A stretch of 64,000 nt of DNA, from NCBI GenBank assembly GCA_001179505.1, contig CDMY01000320.1:58750-122749 (forward strand), read 5' to 3'. Positions within the stretch are counted from its first letter, which is position 1. Every line of letters starts with the position of its first letter. Below, piece by piece: positions 48,390-60,674 of the stretch. Source of the DNA: Vitrella brassicaformis CCMP3155. Lineage: Eukaryota; Protista; Chromerida. The notes under the pieces are model-generated. The model did not search any database, had not been told where the DNA came from, and was given only the letters and a program-made list of their open reading frames with translations. The position numbers and the translations under genes are program-made.

Positions 48390-51300
48390 TTATTCATCTG
48401 GACCATTCTCATCGGCCACATTGCCGTCGTCATACTCATGGGTATGCTCCGAATGCTCATGCTCATGCTCATGCTCATGCTCATGGTCATTGTCATGGTC
48501 AGGCATATCATCCACTCTCAAGGCCACCCCACCACCGTCCTCCCCTTCCTCGTCTTCATGCCCCCGCCGCTCGTCCACACGCACCTCGTCCAGGTGGCTC
48601 TCAGACGGCCGGCGATACCCACTGCTGGACGAGCTGCTGCCGTTGTGTCCCTCGTCACCTGCACACCCCAGCGGCGCAGATATGGGCGCTATGGGAGAGG
48701 GGGACACCATATCTGACGATGAGGCGACGAGAGGGCTGCGAGGAGGGGGGGCCAGCAGAGACGACGGGCCGAATGGGGGGCTGAAGGTGAGCAGACGCTG
48801 ATGCTGCTGGTGCTGGTCCGACGACCGGTGCAGGCGCCTGCCACGACCATGCCCATGACGCAGATGCCCCCTTGCCGGCTCGCTTGCCCCAGCATCGTCT
48901 TCGCCCTCACCAATATCACCGTCATCATGATCATGGTGCGTCGACGGCACGGAGGAGAGGATGTTCAGGCTGATGGACCGGCCAGCCGCGTCTCCCTCCT
49001 CCGCTATGGTCGTTGGCACTCTAGCTGGCGACGTGTCGAGGTTGATGGCGACCTCCCCGCCGGCCGCCAGGTCTGACGACATGCCTCGGTGGATCGTGGA
49101 GGACCGAGCTGCTGATGCTGATGCTGACGCAGATGAGGCCGGGAGAGGGGCCACATCGTTATCATCGAAAGGGCTGCCCATCCACGACGAGCGGCCTTCT
49201 TCGGGTGAGGGGGCTTCCTCGCCGCCAGTGGCACCATGCTGTCCCCCTCTCCCTCCCCCGGCCCCACCCTCCGCCCCTCCCTGCTGCGTCAGCAGCTCGT
49301 CACTCGATGCAGCGGGAAACTGCATCCTCAGCGCCAGCGATGCCGCACTCATCTCGGCAAGCCGCTGACCCAGCTCCAGCCGGTCGAACGCTCCTTCGCG
49401 CGCCGACGCTGGCGAGAGCGGCTTTTGAGTCCGCATGTGCCTCTCGATGGCAGGTGCAGGTGCGGATGGGGTGCCACGGCCATCTCGGTAGAAGGAGGGG
49501 ATCGGCAGCACGTCACCCATCTCGCCTCGGTCGGAGTCGTCACCCTCCCCCTCGTCGCTGCGCAATCTGTTTGCGCGACTGGCCGCTGTGGCCCTCATCG
49601 ACCCAGATGAGCTCTCGTGCGTGGCCGTCAGGGAGATGTTGGGCCGCCTGCCTGCCGGGGGCGATGCTGGGAGAGAGTTGAGGGCGATTGCGGGGGCGTT
49701 CGACCTCGGCATGGCGCCACGCCTCACGCTCGGCGGCTGCTGGGCTGGGCCGGGACCATTGAGCGGTGAGTGCGCATATGCCGGGGCGAGGAGCGGCAGC
49801 CGACGGCTAATGGCCCCCAGGCCGCCGCGGTTGCCGAGCGACCCACGGGTGGATGGCGGCCTCTGTGGCAGGCCAGAGCCGCCTCCAGGCTCCATGCCGC
49901 CGAATATCGGTGGGGCGGGAGTCTGGCCTGCTGCTGCTGCAGCCGCTGCTGCCGCTGCTGCTGCCGCTGCGGGCATGGGTCGACTAACGCCGGGCTGCGG
50001 GAGGCCCGTGCCGTCAGTGCTGCCGACTGACGCGTCTGCGGCGCCCCTGTGGTTGGTGTTTGACGACGGCTGTGAGGGAGGCATGCGTGGGTTGGAGGGG
50101 CCAGGGGGGGCGTGGGGAGAGGGAGGGGGAGGCGGGTCACTGCACGAGAGAAACACAGACAGACACAAGATGCGCAGACATGATGGGGCTGTGGGGTGTG
50201 GGGTGTGGGTCACTCACCGTGGGGATTGGTCTGGGTCGAGGGTCTCGGCGAGCCACGAGTCGGGCGGCTGTTCCACCGTCTCCAACACGACCTTCTGGCC
50301 AACTGACACAATGCCCACCAACAGGTGGTACCTGACACACACCGGCACCATTGGTATGCACACAAGATTGCCCCATTGCGATCGGATCGGCGTCCCCCAT
50401 CTATACCGTGCTTTGGGCAGGTTGTAGACGCACACGAAGGGCCGGTGGGTCTGCTTCATCCACAAGCGCATGTTGTCGTGGTCGAGACACACGTACAGCG
50501 TGTCGTCGCTCTGCAGCCGGTCCAAACCCACCACAGACTTGGGCACTCCCGCGTTGAACACCTTGCCCGTCTCACTGCATCGCGCAGACACACGGATGGG
50601 ATGGGATGGGATGGGGATACAAGTGCAGATACCCGCCGCGCCTGTGTGTGCGGTGCAGTGCGATGGGTGGGGTGTGGACTGACCTGTAGTAGACGAACGC
50701 GTGTTCGCTCTTGTATGCGTCGGTGATGCCCGCCTCCTCACTCGCCACCCCCACTATCAGCCGATTGGACAATGGGAAGCCGTAGGAAGGAAACCTGCAG
50801 CAGACAGCATCACACACAGAGTGAGCAACAGCTGGTGCTGCATGTCGTGTGCTGTTGTGTCCGCACCTGATCTCATAGAACTTCTTGCCCGTCCTCTGTG
50901 TGTTCCACACAGACAAGGTGGCGTACTCACAGTCCATATCTGACCCCCCCACAACAGAGAACCCCTCCCTCCACTTTGGTGTGGTGTGCACGAGTTGAGG
51001 TGCACACGGACGGGCGCACAATGCCCACCCACCCGTGATGGATGTGCGCTTGACGGAGATGCCCGAGGTCTTGATGCCGACCTCCAGGTCGGGGTGGCAC
51101 ATGTGCTGCGGGCAGATGTTGTTGAGGATCCGCCGGTGGGAGCAGAACATCTCACCAAAGATGCTCTTGAGCACACTCAGCGGCATCGAGTCGAGAAAAC
51201 CGCTCAGGAAGTATTCCGTCACAAAGTCTGGACACACAGATGGGATGGGGGACGGTGAAAGTGTCAATGAATGGAAGCTTGGCAGGAAATCGGTGACCGA

Positions 51301-52825
51301 CCCTGCACGTGTCTGTGGATGATGGTCCTGATGCCGTCAGTCGCTATGTCGTACAGGTCCACTGCAGCAGAAATACAGGCAGGCAGGCAGGCAGGCACCA
51401 ACACAACACACCGTCGCGACGCGGCACACATGCACTCGTCCACTCGCCCACCGCCCACCGAGTGTCTGTCTGTGTGCGAGATGTGCGCTGCGCTTACAGA
51501 AGAAGAGGAAGGTGTCTTTGGAGATGAAGCTGTCCGTCACGCGGGTCAGGTGATCCAGCAGCGACTTCATCTGGTAGTACGTGGCCAGCTTGAGCAACTC
51601 GCCAAAATTGGAGCCCTCTATCACCGTCTCGGCGCCATAGAAGTACCTGCACACACACAGACGCACGCGAGGCATATCATGTGGGGACGGGACGCTCTGT
51701 GTGTGTGAGTGCCCTGAGTGAAGTGGCCAGCCACCCGATGAATCGATGGAAGACGTCGCTGTCAAACTCCCGGATGCACACCTCTTTGTTGCCCTGATTC
51801 GACTCCCGATAGCCGCCAAAGAACATGGCCTACACACACGAGAGTCCGTCACTTGCTAACGGCTGCATGCAGAGTGGGGGGGGGGGGGGGNNNNNNNNNN
51901 NNNNNNNNNNNNNNNNNNNNNNNNNNNNNNNNNNNNNNNNNNNNNNNNNNNNNNNNNNNNNNNNNNNNNNNNNNNNNNNNNNNNNNNNNNNNNNNNNNNN
52001 NNNNNNNNNNNNNNNNNNNNNNNNNNNNNNNNNNNNNNNNNNNNNNNNNNNNNNNNNNNNNNNNNNNNNNNNNNNNNNNNNNNNNNNNNNNNNNNNNNNN
52101 NNNNNNNNNNNNNNNNNNNNNNNNNNNNNNNNNNNNNNNNNNNNNNNNNNNNNNNNNNNNNNNNNNNNNNNNNNNNNNNNNNNNNNNNNNGGGAGGTCTT
52201 GCTCACCTTGAAAACAGGTGACCCACTCGCCAACACACACCGATGCGCCTGACGATCGCACAGCCACACAGAACGGGAAACCAGTCAAATCAGCACAATT
52301 GAATCAGCATCGACGCAAAGCATTGCGGGGAGAGGGAAGCGGACATGCATCCTTTTCTCGCCGACACAGCCATCGGTGCGGTTCGGTGCGTACCCATATT
52401 CGCCGAGAGTTGGTGACCAAGACGACGTCGGCGGTGTCCTCATCTTCCCAAAGGCCCTGGATGCACCCCTCACGCACCACAACGATGGAACGGTCTACCA
52501 TGGCGGTGAAGAGCTCGCGAGAAAACAATGATGATGGCAACGAACGCCTCCGCCAGGCTGCCGGCCCACCTTCTCTGGCGAGCTTTGCTTCAGGCTCGCA
52601 GGACGGCGAACCCGAATCCATTTCCGCGTCTTGGAGAATTCGCTTCCGAATCGGTGGTGGTTTGGGAGGTAGATGCATTGCCAGGCACTTCAGCAGCGGC
52701 GGTGGGATCTGCTCATGGCTTGAGCTGCTGCGGACCGACACAGCAATGCTCCTCAACCGCTCAGATGCAAAGGAGGAAGGTGCGTCTGATGGAAGACTGA
52801 GAATTCTCGCTGGATCAACCATCAC
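48390..52825 (-). CDS. BTB/POZ plus SPRY-like domain protein with a long disordered tail ending in a His-Glu repeat
   Basis: DTADVVLVT..ASGSPVFK, YFYGAETVIEGSNFGELLKLATYYQMKSLLDHL (BTB). KKFYEIR..LIVGVASE..AFVYY..GKVF..DTLYVCLDHDNMRLW (SPRY-like). In-frame junction SPR|DPPP into ORF 48390-50213. The start is uncertain and the gene spans a gap. Confidence 0.7.
51891..52190. other. Assembly gap (300 N)
   Basis: Run of N preceded by 15 G. Confidence 0.99.
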
Positions 52826-53038
52826 CGATAATCACTGTGTGTGTGTGTGACTTTCCAGATCCAGGGGCGGCGCGCGACGCTGCTGAAGTAGCCAAGGCAG
52901 CTGCGCCGTCGGCCGATGCCGGCAGTGCAAACACAGATGGGCCCGCTCAGTAACAAGACGACACGCTGATCTCGCTGCAGATCTCTGCTCATCGCCTGGC
53001 TGGTTAATCTGTTGTCGTCGGGTCGTTGGGCGTATAGG

Positions 53039-55110
53039 ATGGACATAGAGGATCTGTCGGCGGCGTTGGAGTTCTCGTCGCGGCTGCCTGAGGGCGCACC
53101 GTACAAACGATGGAAGACGCCCAGAGGCCTGTCCGTGACCGGTAGACGCCGGCAAGAACGGGCGACGGACGGCTCAGTGCAGATGCCTGTGCGTTGTGTG
53201 TGTCGCCTGTGGGTGTGGTCAGACATGTCGAGTCAGCTTTGGTGCGAGAAACAGGCAGAGTTCGTGCTGGAAACAGGTATACGGGCGGCTAAGGATCCAG
53301 TGGGTGTGTATGTGTATGTGTATGTGCGTGTGTCACACAGGCATCAAGCGCCGCACGGCGGCCATGATTGCGGGCACTGCCCGGCACGACGAGCTGGAGC
53401 GACTCGACCACGACATAGAGGAAATAGAAGTACGTCCACGCACGCAGACCCCGCGAGCACCCTCCCACACGTGGTTGATCTCTGTGTGTGTGTGGATGTG
53501 TCAGGTTGAGACCGCCGAGGACCAGCTGGGCGTTCGGCTGTGGAACGCCCTCATGCTCATCACCCAAGTGTGTCGCAAGGGGGAGGCGCGGGAGATCCCC
53601 GTCTTCGGCGTCATACAGGGGGCCTTGTTCAGAGGCATCATCGACGAGGTGCGCTGCGAGCACCACACACCACACACCACTGCATCCACGACACACACAC
53701 TTGCGCGTGTGCCGTCCGTCTATCCAGGTTCGCATAGTTGAGGAGAGCTTCAAAGGCCGCTGCGGGCGGTGGACGGTGATAGGCGACACCAAGACAAGGC
53801 GGCAGGAGACCATGCCCTCCATGTCGCAGCAACAGGGGTCGGCCTTCCAGCTGCAGCTGTCAGTATATCCCCTCCCCTCCCCTCCACACACACACACACA
53901 CACAGATGACCGCCTCCACCAAGGAAGCTCTTTGTGTGCAGGTACTACCGTCTGTTGAAGGACCTGCGTGACGGCGTGACGCCGATCGAGCCCATGCTAC
54001 AGTCATGGGGCGTGGCCTTCGAGGGACGCTTCAAGTCCGACGCGCTGACTTCATCCTTTGAGTCCATCGACGAGCTCTGGCCCGCTGTGCTCGAAGCGGC
54101 CGCTGGCCTGCCCGAAATCCGGCCAGGTACACAGGCACCAAGTGGGGGCCAACGGTGTCTGTCGCTTCATGTGTGTCTGTTTCCCTCACAAATCAGAGAT
54201 GGAGGTGGCGTATGACTTCAACGGCAAGGAGTTCCACCGATCGAGGATCCCTTACGCCGAGCGGGCAGTCATGTTCCAGCTGCGGGAGCTGCTGCAGTGG
54301 TGGAAGGGCGACAGACACGCCGAAGGTTGGTGGGCCTTGTACCTGGATCGATGCACGATCTCTCTCTCTGTCTACCTCTCTTCATGAGATGTCTCTGTTA
54401 TGCATGCAGGTGTGCAGCCGCGTGAGGCGTGGAAGTGCCGCTACTGCGACTTCTTGCTCGGCTGCCCCCTCACACCACTCACCGCCGAGCAGATCAGCGA
54501 AGAAATCGCCAAGCGCACACAAGAACTCGAGCAGCCACAGCAGCAAGAGCAAGAGCAGCAGGAGGGCGCAGCTGCTGTCGACAACAACAACAACATCAAC
54601 ACCGACAAAGGGCCGGAGAGCGCGCCGCAGCTAGGCGGCCCCAACGACTCCCCATCCGACAAACCACAGGCCGACAAACGGCCGGATGCGCCTCACCCCT
54701 CCCCCTCCCCAGCAGCAGGCGCTGCAGCCGCCACGCCATCCACTGGAGATGGCTCGTCAGCCAGTGGCCCCCAACCACCACGACCACCCCAAGCAGCAGC
54801 AGCAGTAGGTGGAGTGAGGCGCGTCAATCAAGTCCGAGGCCCACACCCCCTGCCGCCGCCGCGAGGGGCGGGCGGTGTGCCGAGGGGTGTGCCGAGGGGT
54901 GTGCCGGGGAGGGGCATGGTGCCTCGGAGGCCACCGCCCCCTCCGAACCTGCAAGCGCCGGCAGCTGTTGGAGCGCCTCCAGAGGCAAACGATGGCAGGG
55001 GTCGTGGCGTGATGCAGAGGGGGAGGGGAAGGGCGGGTTATGGGAATGGGAGGGGGTTTGTCAACAGACCTGTGAGGCCACCGTTTGCCGCCGCTGGCGG
55101 CACAAGATGA
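53039..55110 (+). CDS. EXO5: Exonuclease V (EXO5/DEM1 family, 4Fe-4S RecB-like nuclease) with a low-complexity C-terminal extension
   Basis: GLSVT|DMSSQLWCEKQ, GTARHDELE, REIPVFG..FRGIIDEVR, IGDTKTR, QL|YYRLL, WWKGDR..EAWKCRYCDFLLGC (one N-terminal plus three C-terminal Cys). Confidence 0.9.
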
Positions 55111-55724
55111 CTCAACTCTATGAATGGACGGATGCGTGGATGGATGGGCGTGTTGGGTGCTAGCTTTGATGTGTGTACACAGAGACAGACGGACAGACAG
55201 ACAGACAGGCAAGCACCAGATGCCGTGCGGACCTGTATGTGGCTGCAGGTGCCGCAACAGGGTGGGTGTACAGCTAGGCAGCTATATGGATATGGCTGTT
55301 GCATCACGTGTTCCTTCTGACAGGGAGGCAGTACTGAAAAGGGTGTGCAAATCGGCCTGCCGAGCTTCCTGGCCAAACCCTTCACCCTTACCCTTACCCT
55401 AGAGGTCGACTGAAACACCGATATGAGGCAAGAACGGAGGAAACAGAGGCCGGACCTTCTCCGTTGACGACAGCAAGAAGGCAAAGGGCAACACTCCGAG
55501 ATCTGCAGTGCCGATGACCCGAGAGTCGGCACGACCTCGAGGCGAGAACTTGCCAGACCCGCCGGGAACTTCTGATTTTTTGCAGGGATCTTGTTTGGAC
55601 CAGTGCAAACCTGACAAAACCTGACTCCCGTGCCCGAACGACCGCCAGAAAGAGAGATCCGGGAAGAGCCCCTTGAAACGCTGCCCATCAGCGATCGACA
55701 TCCATAGCTTTCCTCCACATTTCT

Positions 55725-55812
55725 GTTCTGTCCAGTGCTAAGCACTGCCCCGGAGAGGTCACAAGTGTCCTTCCCAGTGTCAAGCACTGCCCCGTAGAGG
55801 TTACACGTACTA
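55725..55812. repeat. Two 42-bp tandem units, each carrying the palindrome CAGTG-N5-CACTG, upstream of the cyclin gene
   Basis: CAGTGctaagCACTG at 55733-55747 and CAGTGtcaagCACTG at 55775-55789, both followed by ccccg.agaggt.aca. Confidence 0.8.
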
Positions 55813-55892
55813 GTCCTTTCCCGTGCAGCTCCGTATAGCTCCGTGCGCATAGAGCGGAGGCCCTCTGTGGCGTCACGTCCGCCACCATCGTG

Positions 55893-56434
55893 ATGGCCTC
55901 TGGGATGTTAGGCAAACGCGTAAGCAGCCATGCGGGAGGGATCCATAACGTGCCACACCCATCCATCCCATCCAATTGCATCCATCCATTCCCCCGTGTG
56001 TGTCAGGACCTGCTCTACATGCCACCAGAGCTGCTTCCGAAGGCCAAGAAGACCTGTCGGAAGGGCCGCCTGAGCGAGAAGGATGGCCAGCAGGACGGCG
56101 AGCGGGATGAGCAAGCCATCATGGTGATGGAGCCAAAGGCCGTGGACGTGCAGATCAAGGTACGCATGCAAAACAGGGGGTCGGAGCTCATGAGGGCTGT
56201 GAACACACCTGTGTGCGCGTGTGTCTTCTGTCTGTCTGTGTGCAGGAGTTGGTATTGCCGGGTCACTATGTCGCCAACTGCTCTGCGGACTGGAAGCAGG
56301 GGGCGCGGGGCATGATGGTCGACAGACTGTTCGAGGCCGCCGAGGAGCTCAACCTGCACTACAGAGTGCTCTACCTCGCGGCCAACCTCACGGACCAGTT
56401 CTCATACCTAGGTATGTGAGCCCGCATAGCACCA

Positions 56435-56465
<31 letters not shown>

Positions 56466-59209
56466 CAGAGCGGCGGACGGACACTCTGTGTGTGGGTGCT
56501 TCGTGCATCTGTGTCAGTTTCCAAGTACTGCCCCGGCATGAAGCGCATCAACCTCTCAGCCGTACACACAAACACACCCACACCCACACCCACTCATCTA
56601 CACAACACACCCACACGTCTGTGTTCATCGTCATGTGTGTCAGGTGGGCTACACGTGCATCTGGATCGCGCAGCAGCAGGTCAAGGGCGGCGCGTCCTGG
56701 GAGTTCGGCCAGAAGATCGTGGAACTCATGAACGACATGCCCAAGAACAAGTCGTATGACCTCCAGGCGCTCGTAGACATCGAGAAGAAAGTCAAAAGGT
56801 ACACCTACACGTCCACACCCCTCCCACCCACAGAAAGAGGGGAATCCCCTGTCTGTCATTGTATGTGTGTCGGTATGCGTCTGATTGGTGTGGTGTGGTG
56901 TGGTGTGTGCAGCGTTGTTGGATCTGGTTGTGAGTGCGAGACCGCCGCCGACCTCGTGGTGCGGTACGCCATGGCCGCCCAGCTGCCGAGCGGCACCGAG
57001 CCACACGTGTTCGCGAAGTTCCTGACGGTGAGCCACCCACACCCATACACGGATGCACGCCCATTCACACATCCGTGTGTGGCTGTGGTGTGGTGTGGTG
57101 TGCAGGAGTTGGCGTTGACTGAGTTCGATCTGTCGAAATACGGCCCCAAGATGCTCACTGTAGGCAGACAGACACAAAGGAATTAACTGCCCAGCCCAGT
57201 CCGTGCGTCACGTCTGGTGTGGTGTGTGTTGGTCTGTTCCTTCCAGGCCGCCTGTGTGTGGGGGGCGCGCAGCCTCTGCCTCGACCTGCCTGAGGAGGAG
57301 GACTATGTACGTGTGCAGCCAACACGACACGCACACACACACGCACACACACACGCACACAAACAAACAAACAAACAGTCACATGTGTCATCATGTGTTG
57401 TCTGTGCTACCTGTCATTCACCCACAGCCGCCCGAGTTGGAGCGCATCAGCGGCCTGACGTACACCGACATCATGCCCTGTGTCCAGGATCTGTGGAGAG
57501 CTCTCAAGCAGCTCAATCGGAGCGAAAACCGCGCCATGGTGAGTGGACAGTCACACACACACGTGACACACACACACCTGTGGGGAAAGGAGGGCCACGC
57601 AATTACTCTCACCTGTGCCATCTTTGTGTGTGATGGTTGGTATACATGGAATCTGCAGGCGAGTTTTCAGGAGCGTTGGCGGACAGATGAGCGCTACAGC
57701 CTCAGTGACAGACTCTACGGCGAGATCAAGAAACCCACCCCGCCCAGGACGCCCTCTGACGTACACACCCACACACCCACACACCCACATACGCACATTG
57801 ACACATTGGCGGCGATGTGGGTGTGCTGTGCGTCAGGGTCTGTGTCTGCCGGCCGACTATCCTGAGTCATGTTCGGACGAGTTCAAGACAGAGATCCGCG
57901 GCCACGTGGTGGACCGCATGATGGCCGTCTCGGACAAGTTTGGCATCCAGACGAGGACGCTCAACTTGGCGGTGACGCTCAAGGACAGCTACCTATACAC
58001 AGGTACACACACACACACACACACAACCGACACACAGAGAGAGCGGCATTCATTGTGTTGGTGTCCTTGGTTGCATTCTGCGGGCGCAGCAAACAATGAG
58101 TTCGCCAACTCGGGCATCCCCCGTTTCAGTTTGCTGGCCGTACGCACTCGCGCACACAAACACAAACACACCCACACCTCCCTCTCCCTCATGTGTGTTG
58201 TGTGGGTGTGGTCCGTGTGTGTGCAGGTCGGGTTCACATGTCTGTATATGGCCTCCAGCCACCAGGTCCCTCTCAGCGACCTCACAGCCGCCCTCAACAA
58301 GGAGCCAGCGTCTGCCTTCCGCCCCCGCATCTACACTGAGCAGGACATCATCGCCATCGAGAAGGCCATCATCGAGTAATAGACGAGGCGAACCGATCAT
58401 AGGCACCCACCATCACGTGTGTGTCCGTTTGATATGCATATGTGTGTGCAGCGTGGTGGCGAGCAAGCTGACGTCGGTGTGGCTGGCGGCCGATCGCACT
58501 GCTGCCGACTTCGCTGAGCGTTTCTGCACGGCTGGGGGGATCTCCGGCGGCTCGAAGCACCGTGCATTCGTCGACTTCCTGCTGGTGAGTCGGACACAGG
58601 AGACACAACAGCACGCATTGACCAGCTTGTGTGTGGCCTGTGTTGTGTGCAGGAGTTGGCGATGACGGACTTCGACATGGCGAAATACACACCCAAGACC
58701 CTCGCCGTAGGGACACCCGCACACAGGAATACATCCATCCATCCCTGCATCCATGGATCTCCCCTACACCCCTGCAGGCAGCCGCCGTCTGGGAGACTCG
58801 TCAGATGTGGATGGTCCGCCCCGGGCAATCCCACGCTGGCGAGGAACCATTCGTAAGCCACACACACACAACACAGACACCCACAGAGAGAAATGATCCT
58901 CATCGTGAACCACGTGTGTGTGTGTGTGTGTCAATCATGTGTGGTGTAATGTAGAGCGAGGGACTGGGAGAGGCGAGCGGCCTAAGCGAGGAGGACGTGG
59001 CGCCATGCGCAAAAGACCTCGCGAGACTGCTGATGGCCATCGGCCAGCGGAACAGCATTCCGGTGCGTATATCAGCCAGAGAGGCAGACGGCACCATGTA
59101 CTCGGGATGTCCCCCTGTATCTATGCAGGCCACCATGCTGTCGTGCTTGCGCCGGTGGTCAACGACAGAACGGTTCAAGTGGGGTCTCTTCTCTTTCCTT
59201 TCTCCCTGA
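55893..59209 (+). CDS. Double cyclin: two complete cyclin N+C modules in one reading frame
   Basis: Module 1: ARGMMVDRLFEAAEELNLHYRVLYLAANLTDQF..DIEKKVK..FAKFLT|ELALTEFDLSKYGPKMLT|AACVW..LERISGLTYTDIMPCVQDL. Module 2: IRGHVVDRMMAVSDKFGIQTRTLNLAVTLKDSY..AIEKAII..FVDFLL|ELAMTDFDMAKYTPKTLA|AAAVW..LGEASGLSEEDVAPCAKDL. They are joined in frame by a phase-0 intron at ~57761-57837. Confidence 0.8.
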
Positions 59210-60011
59210 ACACCCCATATACCGGTAAGGTTGACACCACCACACACATGCAGTGTCACTCATGTGTCTGTCGCCCCTCTGTATGTGTGTTTTCTCCCTC
59301 CAGCCATGCAGCTCATCCGGGTTATCACTGGGATGTACGTGTGGGGTTCTGTCCATGTGCACGTGTTTCGCTGACAGACAGACCGAGAGACGAACAAAGC
59401 GGACTTTTCACTCGTTTACAGCAACGTTCCAGTCATCTGCTCGTCCTCACACCACAAGCAGCACAAACAACATACCAAGTCGGCAAAAACCAGTAGCGAA
59501 AGACCGTCACCATATGAAGCAAGGTTCCTCGCCAAAATGATCTTCCAGCCGCTGAGCAAAATTTTCGATGCAAGAGGATGCGTTTCGTAACGGTTGTGGT
59601 CCGGACGTGGGGGCTTGTTTGTTCTGCGCCGCAAGCCTCTTGTTGTCCTTCGCATTTCATTCGTTGTCCCTCCCCTCGTGGCGAGAATTCTCGACGAGAG
59701 ACAAGAGACGACCAAGGAGACAGACCATTCTTTGGAAATCGATTTCATCCACACAGCTCCCATTTCCTCAGCTTCTGCCCTTTCTCGCTCGTATCTGCTC
59801 CATTTCGCCTCTCCACGGCTGGTGTTTGCCTCACATGCCTCGCCACGGCCTCTCCCAAGCCACCCTGCACACGCCCACTTCAGCCCGGGTGAGCGCACAC
59901 GCCACGCACACGAGTATGTGTGCACTGCAGTGCGCATCCCAAGTGGTCAGTGCTGCCCACGAAAGAGCATGTTGAGAGTAGGCAGAAGGCAGCCCTTCTT
60001 CACTGATCGGG

Positions 60012-60310
60012 CAGTCTGTTGTTTGACGAGTTTGAGGACGAGTGGGCTGGCCGACGTGGGCGAGGAGGAGACACCCATCAGCCACCCTCTGTGCAGCAGC
60101 AGCACTCTTAGCATCGCCACTCGGGACGGAGCGGGCTCTACGGCCGATGATAGCAAATCGCAGCAAGGTAAGTGACGGACTGACTGGTGAGTCAGTCAGT
60201 GTGATTGGTTGATGGTCATGAGTGAAACTGTCGTATGTCTGTTGGCTCTGCGCTGCGTTCCGTTGCTCTCTCTATGTGCAGGTCTGTCAGTGGCCGAGCC
60301 GTGTGGCGAA
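60012..60310 (+). pseudogene. Fragment of the kinase-family N-terminal module (exon end, intron, start of next exon)
   Basis: LADVGEEETPISHPLCSSSTLSIATRDGAGSTADDSKSQQ|gtaagt..tgcag|GLSVAEPCGEG, then homology stops. Confidence 0.8.
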
Positions 60311-60674
60311 GGATTCGTTATCCGAGAAAAGCTCGCGTTTCTCGACGAAAGGAGACGGGAGACGGTCCTCTGTGATTATTTCTTCACATCTATAAGGACG
60401 CCTCTCATTTGGCATTCGTTCAATCCTCCTGCGCATCGCTTTCAGCTCGCAGCAAACGGCTGACCGTTGAGGAGTGAGAGAGAGCAAACAGCAGCGACAT
60501 ACTGTCAGCGTCCTTCGCCTATGTCTACAGCACAGCAGCAGCAGCAGCGCGACAGCAAGAGCCCGTCGGCACGGATCAGGTTCAGCCGTCCCCTGGCCAG
60601 CCGTGCCATTTCACGACAGCGACGCCAACAGCACACCAAGACCATGACCCACCCCGTCGGCATGGATCACCGGC

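Noticed and set aside
48173-48511. ORF with an MTMTMSMSMSMS repeat
   Set aside because: It is an alternative minus-strand frame of the (GAGCAT)n His-Glu tract, with no independent support.
55376-55404. Telomere-like CCCTT(C/A)ACCCTTACCCT array (similar short run at 26575-26588)
   Set aside because: Only 3-4 imperfect units, of TAAGGG type rather than TTAGGG/TTTAGGG; too short to call an interstitial telomere.
55725-55850. Repeat with internal palindrome as a possible CRISPR array
   Set aside because: Only two units, no unique spacers, eukaryotic context and no cas genes.
59416-59975. ORFs between the cyclin and the kinase fragments
   Set aside because: No recognisable domain, no consistent splice pattern and mixed codon bias; treated as intergenic.
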